Of a DNA stretch of 64,000 nt, positions 21,586 to 31,354 are shown piece by piece. Both the position numbers and the translations under genes were made by a program. The notes beneath the pieces are model-generated. The model did not search any database and was not told where the DNA came from. It saw only the letters and a list, made by a program, of their open reading frames with translations. Each line of letters begins with the position of its first letter. Position 1 is the stretch's first letter. Location of the stretch: positions 17,731-81,730 of the forward strand of contig JABIFG010000118.1 in the NCBI GenBank assembly GCA_018650795.1. The letters are read 5' to 3'. This DNA is from Fidelibacterota bacterium. GTDB lineage: Bacteria > Fidelibacterota > UBA8477 > JABMPR01.

Positions 21586-21616
21586 ACAAAAAAAGCTCCG
21601 AATTACGGAGCTTTTT
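21586..21616 (-). terminator. Rho-independent terminator downstream of rpmB
   Basis: On the minus strand, AAAGCTCCGTAATTCGGAGCTTT hairpin followed by a T-run. Confidence 0.5.
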
Positions 21617-21641
21617 AAATTTTTTCTAGATATTGGAAAAA

Positions 21642-21839
21642 TCAGGCAGCTTTTACAACTTTCCCTGACTTGATACAGCTCGTGCAAACTTTTTTATGAG
21701 TGCTTTGTCCATCTACAGAAACACGTACACGTTGCAGGTTAGGTAACCACCGGCGCCGAGATTTTTTGTGTGAGTGACTCACATTGTTGCCCGTAACCGG
21801 ACCTTTTCCACATATATCACATCGTTTTGCCATTTTCAT
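21642..21839 (-). CDS. rpmB: 50S ribosomal protein L28
   Basis: MAKRCDICGKGPVTGNNVSHSHKKSRRRWLPNLQ is a near-canonical L28 N-terminus. Confidence 0.85.
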   Translation of the reverse strand: MKMAKRCDICGKGPVTGNNVSHSHKKSRRRWLPNLQRVRVSVDGQSTHKKVCTSCIKSGKVVKAA

Positions 21840-22121
21840 ACTCCCATTCTAAAGCGCGCAAATATAGACGGACATGCCCCCGTGTCAAAGAATATTTCAA
21901 TCTTAGTTAATGCGCTTACTGAATGTAGGAGTTTGTCCGATCTGAGAATCAAACGTAGTCTACCCGGACTTGTGATTGTCTCTGTGGATGTAGCTCATCA
22001 ACAAATGCCAGAGGGGGGTTTTAATTGCCCTGTGCTTAAGGTGTACCGTTCAGGTATTATCATCAAAATTACATATCCCAGATCACACGAATACTACTCT
22101 CGCCAAGACCATCCTCGGAAA

Positions 22122-23303
22122 ATGAAGCGCTTCAAGCTACATTGGGCGAAACCCGACAGGAGGAGCTCTTACTTGTTAATCAATAATACTCGAGAATTAG
22201 TCAATTTCATTCACGATCTAGGGACACCTCCCTACGTGGCACTGGATACAGAGTTTCTATCTGAAAAAACTTATTATCCCCAACTCTGCCTGATCCAGAT
22301 TGCTCATGGCCAGCACGCCGCAGTCATAGACACACTTGGCGGTATAGATCTTGAGCCTCTTATTCAATTTCTCAGAAACCCAAGCATTGTGAAAGTGTTT
22401 CATGCCGCAGAACAAGATTTGGTCATCTTGTGGAATGATTTCAAACTGGCTCTAACACCTGTATTTGACACTCAGGTGGCAGGGATGGTGTGCGGATTTG
22501 GAGATCAAGTCTCCTATGCTCAGCTGGTCAAAACCTTTGTGAAAACCAGGATAGATAAAAGTTCTCAAATTGTTGATTGGTCAAAACGACCCCTGCGGGA
22601 TCGACATCTTGAATATGCCCTGGCTGATGTTACTCACCTCTGTCCAGTCTATGAACGCTTACAGAGTCAAATTAATAACCAGGGACGGGTAAGCTGGGTA
22701 GCTGAAGAAATGCAGGAGCTATCTGATATTAAACGCTTTGATTTCAAGCCTGAAGTCCAGGCTAGGAAATTAAAATTGAGAAATATGACTCCACGAAGAA
22801 TGGCAGTACTCTACGCACTTGTGACCTGGCGTGAAGAGAAGGCAAAAATCCAGAATATTCCGCGCGGCTGGGTGGTTAAGGACCTGGCAATACGTGATAT
22901 GGTCTCCAACCCTCCTGAGAATCTGGAGGATTTAAACCGTGTACGCGGGATTGGAGGCACGGCACAGGGTAAGTCTGGAAGGGACATCCTGAGATGTATT
23001 CAACTGGCCAGGGAATTGCCCTTATCGGAGTGCCCACCTGTTCCGGATACATCCCGCGATGCAGAAATAAATGGGAATGCCATTGTACTCTTGCGAGCCT
23101 TGCTCACCCATGTCTGCGAAAAAAATAATGTAGCACCCAAATTGATTGCCTCAAAATCAGATCTGGAGCAAATGACGTTGGGGAATGAAACACGATTATC
23201 AAAGGGCTGGCGGTGGGATCTATTTGGTGAATTGGCTGCTCAGCTCTTGAAGGGAAAAATTTCACTCACACTAGCACAGGGTAAAATTGGAATCATCAAA
23301 TAG
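22122..23303 (+). CDS. rnd: Ribonuclease D (DEDDy 3'-5' exonuclease plus HRDC domain)
   Basis: YVALDTEFLSEKTYYPQLCLIQIA, HAAEQDL and YALADVTHL exonuclease motifs, and a C-terminal HRDC-like region. Start placed at ATG 22122; the tracked ORF from 21774 overlaps rpmB and is an artefactual extension. Confidence 0.75.
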   Translation: MKRFKLHWAKPDRRSSYLLINNTRELVNFIHDLGTPPYVALDTEFLSEKTYYPQLCLIQIAHGQHAAVIDTLGGIDLEPLIQFLRNPSIVKVFHAAEQDLVILWNDFKLALTPVFDTQVAGMVCGFGDQVSYAQLVKTFVKTRIDKSSQIVDWSKRPLRDRHLEYALADVTHLCPVYERLQSQINNQGRVSWVAEEMQELSDIKRFDFKPEVQARKLKLRNMTPRRMAVLYALVTWREEKAKIQNIPRGWVVKDLAIRDMVSNPPENLEDLNRVRGIGGTAQGKSGRDILRCIQLARELPLSECPPVPDTSRDAEINGNAIVLLRALLTHVCEKNNVAPKLIASKSDLEQMTLGNETRLSKGWRWDLFGELAAQLLKGKISLTLAQGKIGIIK

Positions 23304-23322
23304 GAAAAAATAACTTTATCCA

Positions 23323-24027
23323 TTGATAATGAGTAATATCGCACCCATTAATAGAGTAACCCGATCCAAAGCAGAAGCCAAAGCCAGCTACGACAAAATG
23401 AGTGGTTGGTACGATTTACTGGCTGGTCTCTCCGAAAAAAAATATAAAGATATGGGTTTGAAGATGTTAGAAACACAGCCAGGGGAGATAGTCCTGGAAG
23501 TTGGTTTTGGGACCGGTCAATGTTTGTTGAAATTGAGACAAGCCGTGGGGGAGCATGGGCACGTATACGGTATTGACCTTTCAGAGGGTATGTTAAATGT
23601 GGCTCAATCCAGAATCATCAACGCCGGCTTGGGAGAAGACATCGAGTTAAGCTGTGGTAATGCCATCCGGCTACCCTATGCAGACAACCGCTTTCATGCG
23701 ATCTATTCAAGTTTCACTCTAGAATTATTCGACACACCGGAAATTCCGATTGTTCTAAACGAATGTCAACGTGTGTTGAAGCCTGGTGGTCGAATGTGTA
23801 TCGTAGCTATGTCTAAAAAACCAGCCGGTAGTTTGATGGTCAAACTTTATGAGTGGGTGCAGCAACGTTATACCAAATATGTGGATTGTCGACCGATCTA
23901 TGTTGAACAAGAGATCAGGGATACTGGATTTCTGATTGAAAGCGTGACCGAAATGTCGATGTTTGGCTTACCCGTGGATGTCGTTTTGGCAAAGAAACAC
24001 TATTCAATGGAAGCAGAGGAGGAATGA
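23323..24027 (+). CDS. Class I SAM-dependent methyltransferase (Methyltransf_11/UbiE-like)
   Basis: LEVGFGTGQ SAM motif I, GIDLSEGML, and LKPGGRMCIV post-II motif. Confidence 0.7.
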   Translation: MIMSNIAPINRVTRSKAEAKASYDKMSGWYDLLAGLSEKKYKDMGLKMLETQPGEIVLEVGFGTGQCLLKLRQAVGEHGHVYGIDLSEGMLNVAQSRIINAGLGEDIELSCGNAIRLPYADNRFHAIYSSFTLELFDTPEIPIVLNECQRVLKPGGRMCIVAMSKKPAGSLMVKLYEWVQQRYTKYVDCRPIYVEQEIRDTGFLIESVTEMSMFGLPVDVVLAKKHYSMEAEEE

Positions 24028-24104
24028 TGGCTAGAGCAAATGGTAATGTGACAGGCAGAGGAGCAGTAGGGGCTTTTTTAAAGGTTGGAACCTGATCTGA
24101 ATCC

Positions 24105-24875
24105 TTGTTGAGAGTTCTCAACCAGGGTTTTGATAATAGCAAAGAGTCTGAGGAACAAGCCGCAGCGCCACTGGCTGGTGGTATCATGCAGCATGGTTAT
24201 CAATGCGGCATGATCTGGGGGGCGGCACTGGCTGCTGGAACCGAAGCCTACAGGCTTTTTGGTCCGGGACCTGAAGCAGAAACCAAATCTTTGATAGCAG
24301 CTCAAAAACTCATGGAGTTGTTCAGAGCCCAGAATGAACATATGAACTGTCTTGAAATCACCGACATTGATAAAACCGCTTCTACTCTAAAAATGGTGAC
24401 CTTCTTTCTTTTGAAGGGCGGTACGATTGGATGCTTTCGCATGGCAGCAAAATATGCCCCTGAAGCCTACAAGGAGATTGAATCAACACTTGCTGAAGAA
24501 GAAGTCGATGTACCCAAACAGCCAGTGAGTTGTGCTTCCCTTTTGGCCAAGAAGATGGGGCTCTCTGACGAGCATCAGGTTATGACTGCTGGATTAGCAG
24601 GTGGCATCGGGCTTAGCGGAGGTGCCTGCGGGGCACTGGGAGCCGCTATCTGGCTTAAAGGAATGCTGAGTAATATTGAAGCCGGAGAGAAACTTGATTT
24701 TAATAATCCCGCTGCCCTTGAAGCTATGGAGAGATTTTTAAAAGTTAGTGACTTTGAGTTCGAGTGCTCAGATATCGTGGGTAGGGAATTTGAAAGTGTT
24801 GCAGATCATGCTGATTACATTCAGTGTGGAGGTTGTTCTGAAATACTTGATGAGTTGGCCAGGGGATACGCATAA
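24105..24875 (+). CDS. Putative redox-active protein, C_GCAxxG_C_C-like family
   Basis: GYQCGMIWGAALAAG and SGGACGALGAAIWL glycine-rich Cys motifs, plus a C-terminal CGGC. Resembles the C_GCAxxG_C_C family, but the assignment is from memory only. Confidence 0.35.
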   Translation: MLRVLNQGFDNSKESEEQAAAPLAGGIMQHGYQCGMIWGAALAAGTEAYRLFGPGPEAETKSLIAAQKLMELFRAQNEHMNCLEITDIDKTASTLKMVTFFLLKGGTIGCFRMAAKYAPEAYKEIESTLAEEEVDVPKQPVSCASLLAKKMGLSDEHQVMTAGLAGGIGLSGGACGALGAAIWLKGMLSNIEAGEKLDFNNPAALEAMERFLKVSDFEFECSDIVGREFESVADHADYIQCGGCSEILDELARGYA

Positions 24876-24891
24876 ATGAATAAGTGCTTAT

Positions 24892-25098
24892 ATGACTATT
24901 AACATCGGGCATCAAAATTTAATCCTGATCTTGATTGGCCTATTCTTCATATTGATTGCGCTCATTACATTCCTTCTGCGGAGGAAGAAAAAGAAAAAGC
25001 TTCAGGAAAGTATTCCTGGCGTGGAAGAAATGGCTAAAACTACCTTTTTTTGGGCTAATTATCATAGAGGCAAGCTAGGGGAGGATGATTCCCAATGA
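24892..25098 (+). CDS. Small single-TM protein with a poly-Lys juxtamembrane stretch
   Basis: LILILIGLFFILIALITFLL then RRKKKKK. No homolog recognised; could be spurious. Confidence 0.3.
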   Translation: MTINIGHQNLILILIGLFFILIALITFLLRRKKKKKLQESIPGVEEMAKTTFFWANYHRGKLGEDDSQ

Positions 25099-25281
25099 AC
25101 GCCTCAGAAGAAATGAATATATGAGAAGTTGGCTCGATTAGATCGTTAACTTACTCCGTTTGGAGCGTTATTTTATTTGTAGTACTTCACTCATACATGC
25201 TTAGAATTAAGACCAATGAGAGATAATAACCCTCAACTGAGTGTAACTTTTGATTGAAAGATGACGGACGATGGCAAATAA

Positions 25282-26364
25282 ATGAGTCTTGAAGATTATG
25301 GTTGGGATGAGTCCTGGGCTGAAAAGTTAGCTCTAGCAGACGAAAAGCGCGGTATTCCGGCTCGTGTCATTTCTGGGCACCGTAGTGAGTACAAGGTTCA
25401 TACCGGGGAGATTGACATTTCCGCAAAAGCAGCCGGAAGACTCTATCATGCACCTTTTAAACAAACCGAGTTACCTGCCGTAGGGGATTGGGTCGTTGTG
25501 GACGAAACCGACGTAAGCGGCAAGGCTACAATTCGACGTGTTTTAGCGCGAAAATCCACATTCTCAAGAAAGGTGTCCGGGAAAAACAGCAATGAACAGG
25601 TAATGGCTACTAACCTGGACACGGTCTGGATCGTCTCCACTTTCGGTACAGATTTTAATCCTGCCCGGCTTGAAAGATATGTAGCACTTGTAGTTGAAAG
25701 TGGAGCCGACCCAGTAATCATCCTGGCCAAAGCAGATCTGGCTGAATCGACTGAACAAACCATAGAATCGCTTCAAGAACGAATCCCAGATGTGCCTATT
25801 TACGGTACCAGCACAAAGGCTCAAATCGGTATGGATGATCTGCGCAAATATATTGCTCCCGGACAAACCATTGCACTTTTGGGTTCATCCGGAGTGGGGA
25901 AGTCTACTCTCATTAATCATTTTGTAGGGCATGAGCTATTGCATACTGCCTCGGTTCGTGAAAAGGATGGCAAGGGTAGACATACTACCACTCATCGTGA
26001 GTTAATATTTCTACCAACTGGTGGCTTGTTGATCGATACACCGGGGATGCGTGAGCTCCAACTCTGGCGGCGGGACGACAATCTTGATAAAAGTTTTTCG
26101 GATATTGATGATATTGCTGTGGGGTGCAGATTTTCAGACTGTTCCCATGAGAAAGAACCTGGGTGCGCTGTGATTGCCGCCGTTGAAAGTGGCGATCTTT
26201 CAGAGGATAGAATGAATAATTATATGAAATTGAAAAAAGAGCTCACGTATCTTGATAGGAAGACTGATGTGCAGGCTGAACAAGCCGAAAGAAAGAAGTG
26301 GAAGGCCATCAGCAAAGAGCAGCGGCGCTTGACGCAGCAGCATAAGGGAAACAAAAAACGGTAA
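25282..26364 (+). CDS. rsgA: Ribosome small-subunit-dependent GTPase A
   Basis: OB domain, circularly permuted GTPase (LLGSSGVGKSTLIN), and the C-terminal zinc knuckle CRFSDCSHEKEPGCAV. Confidence 0.85.
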   Translation: MSLEDYGWDESWAEKLALADEKRGIPARVISGHRSEYKVHTGEIDISAKAAGRLYHAPFKQTELPAVGDWVVVDETDVSGKATIRRVLARKSTFSRKVSGKNSNEQVMATNLDTVWIVSTFGTDFNPARLERYVALVVESGADPVIILAKADLAESTEQTIESLQERIPDVPIYGTSTKAQIGMDDLRKYIAPGQTIALLGSSGVGKSTLINHFVGHELLHTASVREKDGKGRHTTTHRELIFLPTGGLLIDTPGMRELQLWRRDDNLDKSFSDIDDIAVGCRFSDCSHEKEPGCAVIAAVESGDLSEDRMNNYMKLKKELTYLDRKTDVQAEQAERKKWKAISKEQRRLTQQHKGNKKR

Positions 26365-26419
26365 TCTTAAATCGACCTTTCATCCTCCAACCACCGGGGT
26401 AAACCCATGACTCTAACAA

Positions 26420-27847
26420 ATGAGTAGAATTCAACCCAAAATTTCCGTTCTTAGTAAAGAACAAATCTTAAAAATACATCAGGACTCCCTTAAAGTGCTG
26501 TCCCACACGGGGATACGAGTTGATTCAGAACGAGCAAGAGCATTATTCTCACAAGCTCTTGGTGGAATAATTGATGGTAGTCTTGTTCGGATACCCTCTG
26601 AATTGGTAGAACAAGCTCTCCAATCCGCACCAGAAAATATTGATATGTATAATAGAGGGGGAACCCTGGCTTTTTCTTTGGGAGGAAAACAGGAGCTGGG
26701 AACAATCTACGGGATCGGTGTGACCAACTCCTGGTATCAGAATCCCGACAACGACTCTGCCACACCTTTTACTCGGAAATATGTTGAGCTCGCCACATCG
26801 CTTGGCAATACGCTTACCCAATTTGATCTTGTTTCGACTCCGGGCGTGATCCAAAATGACGATTCCCAGGTAGGTGAGGTGCTAGCTACCCTGGAAATGA
26901 TGGCCAATACGACCAAACCCTTGAGCATATTGATATCGGATCCAGAACAGTTTGATATGTCCCTCAACATGTTGGAACACCTCCACGGTGATCTCTCAGA
27001 GAAGCCATTTCTGCTGCCATACTTTAACCCTATAACACCCCTAGTGCTGAATAAGGACACCACGGATAAGATATTTTCCACCATTGATCGTGGCTTACCT
27101 TTTATTTTTTCCAGCTATGGGATGTCAGGGGCAACAGCGCCTATCAGTGCAGAGGGAACCCTGGTTTTACTCAATGCCGAACTCTTGGCTGGATTAGTAT
27201 TCTCACAACTTATCAAACCTGGTACACCTGTCATTTTGGGATGTCTGCCGTCAGTATTTGAAATGCAATCAATGATTTCTGCCTATACTTCACAGACCAT
27301 GCTGGTAAATCTGGCTTGTGCTGAGATGCTGGATTACTACCAAATACCTCACGCTGGAACTTCAGGAAGTGGTACAGGCTGGGGATCAGATTTACCTGCC
27401 AGTGGTACGTTGTGGATGAATCATCTCACCAGTTCGATAGGCAAGGTGGGTCTTGCCCCATTTGTAGGTGGTAATTTCGATTCACAGGCATTTTCACCCA
27501 CTACTGTGGTCTACGCCAACGAAGTAATTCGGCAAATCAGGCAATTTGGCGAGGGGTTTCTGATGGATGATACAACAAAGATATTTGAGGATATCGATTC
27601 CGTGGGTCCAGGTGGCAGCTTTCTCATATCGGAAGCCACCCTGGCCCAATACCGCGAAGTGCATGAGCAGCATAGCCACATTTGGCCAGGTTATTCCCTG
27701 AACCAATGGCAATCTGAAGGTTCTCCAGATGCATCTAATGTGTTAAGGAAGCAAACCATGGATATGCTGGCTAAGCTCAAAGTTCCCGAAGACCATGATT
27801 CTATACTTCACCGGGGGGAAACATTCATCAAGGGACTTATGCAGTAA
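26420..27847 (+). CDS. MttB-superfamily (trimethylamine/glycine betaine:corrinoid) methyltransferase homolog, non-pyrrolysine type
   Basis: N-terminus LSKEQILKIHQDSLKVLSHTGIRVD matches the MttB family start. About 475 aa, TIM-barrel size. No in-frame amber codon. Confidence 0.65.
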   Translation: MSRIQPKISVLSKEQILKIHQDSLKVLSHTGIRVDSERARALFSQALGGIIDGSLVRIPSELVEQALQSAPENIDMYNRGGTLAFSLGGKQELGTIYGIGVTNSWYQNPDNDSATPFTRKYVELATSLGNTLTQFDLVSTPGVIQNDDSQVGEVLATLEMMANTTKPLSILISDPEQFDMSLNMLEHLHGDLSEKPFLLPYFNPITPLVLNKDTTDKIFSTIDRGLPFIFSSYGMSGATAPISAEGTLVLLNAELLAGLVFSQLIKPGTPVILGCLPSVFEMQSMISAYTSQTMLVNLACAEMLDYYQIPHAGTSGSGTGWGSDLPASGTLWMNHLTSSIGKVGLAPFVGGNFDSQAFSPTTVVYANEVIRQIRQFGEGFLMDDTTKIFEDIDSVGPGGSFLISEATLAQYREVHEQHSHIWPGYSLNQWQSEGSPDASNVLRKQTMDMLAKLKVPEDHDSILHRGETFIKGLMQ

Positions 27848-27920
27848 GTTTCTGAGATCACTCGCAAAAAAGTTCAAATATATTTGTTGTCAGCGACCCT
27901 GCTGAATAACATGTTCTGAG

Positions 27921-28973
27921 ATGTTAAAGATTGGCCCCATAGAATTAAAGTCGAAAGCCCTGCTGGCCCCCATGGCCGGTGTCACAGGTCATCCATTTCG
28001 GGTGCTCTGTAAAGAGCAAGGTGCCGGTCTGGTCTATACTGAATTTGTTTCAGCTAATGGCATTATTCGTGAGAATAAGAAAACTCTAGATATGATGAAA
28101 TTCACAGAATCTGAGCGCCCTATTGGTGTTCAGATATTTGGTGAATCCCCAGAAGTATTGGCCCGGAGTGCCAAATATATTGAAGATATGGTTAAGCCGG
28201 ATTTGATAGATTTGAATTTCGGTTGTCCCGTTCCAAAAGTTACCAAAAGGGGAGCAGGATCGGCCATACTCAAAGACTTACCACTTATGGACGATGTTGC
28301 CAGAGCTGTTGTAGAAGCCGTTTCAATACCAGTGACGGCCAAGATTCGCTCAGGTTGGAATAACGGCTGTATTGTGGCTCCAGTTGCTGCAGCTGCCCTG
28401 GAAGAAGCTGGCATTATGGCTCTGACACTCCATCCGCGTACAACCAAACAACTGTATACCGGTGAAGCGGATTGGAGTTTGATTACCGAAACCCGCAAAG
28501 CTATAAGTATCCCCCTGATTGGCAATGGTGACATCAAAAGTGCGAGGGATGCCAAGCGTATGATGGATGAAACAGGTTGCGATGGTGTCATGATTGGTCG
28601 GAGAGCCCTCGGAAACCCCTGGATTTTCAAAGAGATTAATGAGTATCTAAACACAGGTGAATTACCCAGTGCTGTTAGACTCATTGACCGCGTGAAATTG
28701 TGTCACCGCCATTTATACCTGGAATCTGTTGCGATGGGTGACTACCGTGCGACCAATTATATCAAAAAGCATCTTAGTTGGTATCTGAAGGGCTTCCCAG
28801 GTGCCTCAGAATACCGGAAGCGTCTATATAGGCATATGGAATTTGCCAGAATGGAAGGCGAAATTTCAAAAATTATTACTGAGTTGGAAAAGGATCCGGA
28901 GCTGGCAAATTTTACCTATCGCGAAGATGGACCCCTTTTTCCCAATGTTCCAGGTAGCAAAGATAATTACTAA
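27921..28973 (+). CDS. dusB: tRNA-dihydrouridine synthase
   Basis: LAPMAGVTGHPFR, DLNFGCP, and the catalytic Cys region. FMN-binding TIM barrel plus C-terminal helical domain. Confidence 0.85.
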   Translation: MLKIGPIELKSKALLAPMAGVTGHPFRVLCKEQGAGLVYTEFVSANGIIRENKKTLDMMKFTESERPIGVQIFGESPEVLARSAKYIEDMVKPDLIDLNFGCPVPKVTKRGAGSAILKDLPLMDDVARAVVEAVSIPVTAKIRSGWNNGCIVAPVAAAALEEAGIMALTLHPRTTKQLYTGEADWSLITETRKAISIPLIGNGDIKSARDAKRMMDETGCDGVMIGRRALGNPWIFKEINEYLNTGELPSAVRLIDRVKLCHRHLYLESVAMGDYRATNYIKKHLSWYLKGFPGASEYRKRLYRHMEFARMEGEISKIITELEKDPELANFTYREDGPLFPNVPGSKDNY

Positions 28974-29147
28974 ATAGTTGTTTTATAAATGGCTGGTGCC
29001 GAAAAAGCCTAACATTCTCTATATATATTAATGAATAGGATTATAATATTTGCATTACAAACCAGCCTTCGTTGGCTGGAAATTTGCATTGATTCGCCTT
29101 GAAGAATTTATTTTAAAACCAGCTATAAACGCATATAAGGAGATAAA

Positions 29148-30500
29148 ATGAGCGACAAAATTAAAGTACTGATCATGGGCGCTGCAGGCCGCGATTTTCA
29201 TAATTTTAATGTCTATTTCCGGGAAAATGACGACTATGATGTAGTTGCTTTCACAGCTACCCAGATCCCTGATATTGATGGAAGAAAATACCCTGCTGAA
29301 TTGGCAGGCAGTCTTTATCCAAATGGTATTCCCATACATGATGAAGAAGAACTTGAAGATTTGATCTACGACTTGGATGTTGATGAAGTCGTTTTTTCTT
29401 ATAGTGATTTACCTTATGAATATGTCATGTCTAAGGCTGCCATCGTGAATTATGCCGGAGCTGATTTCCGCCTCATGGGTGCCAAATCAACTATGATTCC
29501 CAGCACTAAGCCTGTGATAGCAATTTGTGCAGCCCGTACAGGATGTGGCAAGAGCCAAACCACCCGTGCTGTCTGTGATCATCTGACTGCACAGGGTAAA
29601 AAAGTAGTCGCTATCCGTCACCCCATGCCATATGGTGATCTTGTAAAACAGAAAGTGCAGCGTTTTGCTGAGCTAGCTGATCTTAAAAAGCATGATTGCA
29701 CCATCGAGGAGATGGAAGAATATGAACCACACATCATGAACAACACCGTTGTCTATGCTGGTGTAGATTATGAAGCCATTCTTCGGGAAGCTGAAAAAGA
29801 AGCTGATATTATCATCTGGGATGGCGGCAACAATGATATGCCATTCTACATGCCTGATATCATGATCACTGTTGTGGATCCACATAGAGCTGGTCATGAA
29901 TTGACCTACTATCCAGGTGAAACCAACCTGCTCATGGCGGATGTGATTGTTATTAATAAAATCGATACCGCCGATATTGATGATATATCCACCGTGCGTG
30001 AGAATATCCGTATTGTTAACCCTGAAGCCATCGTGGTCGATGCGGCATCACCAGTTTCGGTTGATGACGAAGATGTGATTTATGGCAAAAATGTATTGGT
30101 CGTTGAAGATGGCCCAACGCTGACCCATGGTGAAATGATGTATGGTGCTGGTGTAGTAGCAGCTGAAAAATATGGAGCCGAAAGCCTGGTTGACCCAAGA
30201 CCCTGGACTGTTGGCAAACTTTCTGAAACCTTTGATAAGTATCCAGATATTGGTCAGATTTTGCCTGCCATGGGATATGGTGAGGAGCAGATGAAAGATC
30301 TCGAAACCACCATCAATCAGACAGAATGTGAAGCCGTGGTCATTGGAACTCCCATTGACTTGCGACGCATCATCAATATCGAGAAACCCTCTGTCCGTGT
30401 GACCTATAAGTTACAGGAGATCGGTATGCCTACCCTGGCTTCCATCCTGAATTCAGAAGTTCTCAAGGAAATGGAAGAGGCTGTCAAAAAGAGTCTCTAA
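29148..30500 (+). CDS. P-loop protein of the COG2403 family (predicted GTPase / cyclic 2,3-diphosphoglycerate synthetase-like)
   Basis: Rossmann-like N-terminus KVLIMGAAGRDF and internal P-loop ICAARTGCGKSQTT. 450 aa. The family assignment is from memory of COG2403 architecture and is not certain. Confidence 0.4.
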   Translation: MSDKIKVLIMGAAGRDFHNFNVYFRENDDYDVVAFTATQIPDIDGRKYPAELAGSLYPNGIPIHDEEELEDLIYDLDVDEVVFSYSDLPYEYVMSKAAIVNYAGADFRLMGAKSTMIPSTKPVIAICAARTGCGKSQTTRAVCDHLTAQGKKVVAIRHPMPYGDLVKQKVQRFAELADLKKHDCTIEEMEEYEPHIMNNTVVYAGVDYEAILREAEKEADIIIWDGGNNDMPFYMPDIMITVVDPHRAGHELTYYPGETNLLMADVIVINKIDTADIDDISTVRENIRIVNPEAIVVDAASPVSVDDEDVIYGKNVLVVEDGPTLTHGEMMYGAGVVAAEKYGAESLVDPRPWTVGKLSETFDKYPDIGQILPAMGYGEEQMKDLETTINQTECEAVVIGTPIDLRRIINIEKPSVRVTYKLQEIGMPTLASILNSEVLKEMEEAVKKSL

Positions 30501-30533
30501 CGACTGGCTACAAGCCACATGTTAGATTGAAGA

Positions 30534-30569
30534 GGTCCTGTCTGCATGCATTCGGGACCTTTTTGTTTT
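30534..30569 (+). terminator. Rho-independent terminator after the COG2403 gene
   Basis: AGGTCC...GGACCT stem followed by TTTTTGTTTT. Confidence 0.45.
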
Positions 30570-30601
30570 AAACAGAGTGGTCAGTAATAGATTATGCGCG
30601 T

Positions 30602-30916
30602 ATGAGCCGTAAGAAATCAAATAGAATCAGTGTCGGCGAAGGCTGGACCTTTAATGCTGCAGATGAGCGTTCAACCAGCAGGCGAGTGAGTGGCAATAAG
30701 ATTGTACGACTACGCATGGAGAGGCGGAAGGGGAAAGCCACTACGATATTGTATGATATGGAGGGAGTCCCTGACATGAAAGTACTAGCCAGAGCCTTAA
30801 AAAATCTGGTAAGTGCCGGCGGGACGACAAAAAATGAGAAAATTGAAATCCAGGGTGAACATCGTGACCGTTTTCGTGTATACTTGAGCGATGAAGGTTA
30901 TGAAGTGAAAGGATAA
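30602..30916 (+). CDS. yciH: Translation initiation factor SUI1/YciH family
   Basis: RVRLERRKGK-type motif (IVRLRMERRKGKATTIL) and VQGDHRD-like IQGEHRDR, 104 aa; classic YciH. Confidence 0.8.
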   Translation: MSRKKSNRISVGEGWTFNAADERSTSRRVSGNKIVRLRMERRKGKATTILYDMEGVPDMKVLARALKNLVSAGGTTKNEKIEIQGEHRDRFRVYLSDEGYEVKG

Positions 30917-31215
30917 TGATGACTCTTTTATTTACCATTCTTGTTATAGGCAGCGCCATGCTCATCATGAGTATCGCTCTGATAGTCACCGGAGAAAATA
31001 AAGTTCACAGTTCTTGCGCCGCTACTCATGAGCTCGATGGGGAAGGTGAGTCTTGTGCTTTTTGCCCGAATGATGAAGATGAGGATCAACTGACGACCCT
31101 GTCAAAAGCGGGCTATCCTGGTCGCAAGGATATTGTCTCTCAAGAAGCCTTCAAAGGTAAATCTGATCGTAACATTGTCGTAGAGCGTTTGAAATACAAT
31201 AGCGGTCGCGATTAA
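30916..31215 (+). CDS. Small membrane protein with a Cys cluster (DUF539/NqrM-like architecture)
   Basis: One TM helix (LLFTILVIGSAMLIMSIALIV), then SSCAATHELDGEGESCAFCP. The architecture recalls NqrM-type maturation peptides, but no nqr genes are nearby. Confidence 0.35.
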   Translation: MMTLLFTILVIGSAMLIMSIALIVTGENKVHSSCAATHELDGEGESCAFCPNDEDEDQLTTLSKAGYPGRKDIVSQEAFKGKSDRNIVVERLKYNSGRD

Positions 31216-31237
31216 GATCTACCTACTTGCCTCACCT

Positions 31238-31265
31238 GGGATAATCCTGATATCCCGTCTTTTTT
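31238..31265 (+). terminator. Putative rho-independent terminator
   Basis: GGGATA-N7-TATCCC hairpin followed by GTCTTTTTT. Confidence 0.35.
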
Positions 31266-31354
31266 ACACCTATAAAAACAATACAGTCGATATACGATTT
31301 CGTATTCCTATCTTCTCGCCTGAAGTCAATCCAGAGCAGTAGAGGAATCGTTGT

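Noticed and set aside
21774-22121. A 5' extension of the RNase D ORF (tracked from 21774) that overlaps rpmB on the opposite strand
   Set aside because: Homology to RNase D begins only near MKRFKLHW (ATG 22122). The upstream 116 codons are an open-frame artefact running through the rpmB coding and promoter region.
28130-28684. 184-aa ORF antisense to dusB; similar long antisense or alternate-frame ORFs at 3739-4278, 16672-17112, 51929-52447 and 46924-47202
   Set aside because: Each is fully embedded in a strongly supported gene on the other strand or frame. Their Ser/Ala/Pro/Arg-rich composition is typical of GC-skewed shadow frames.
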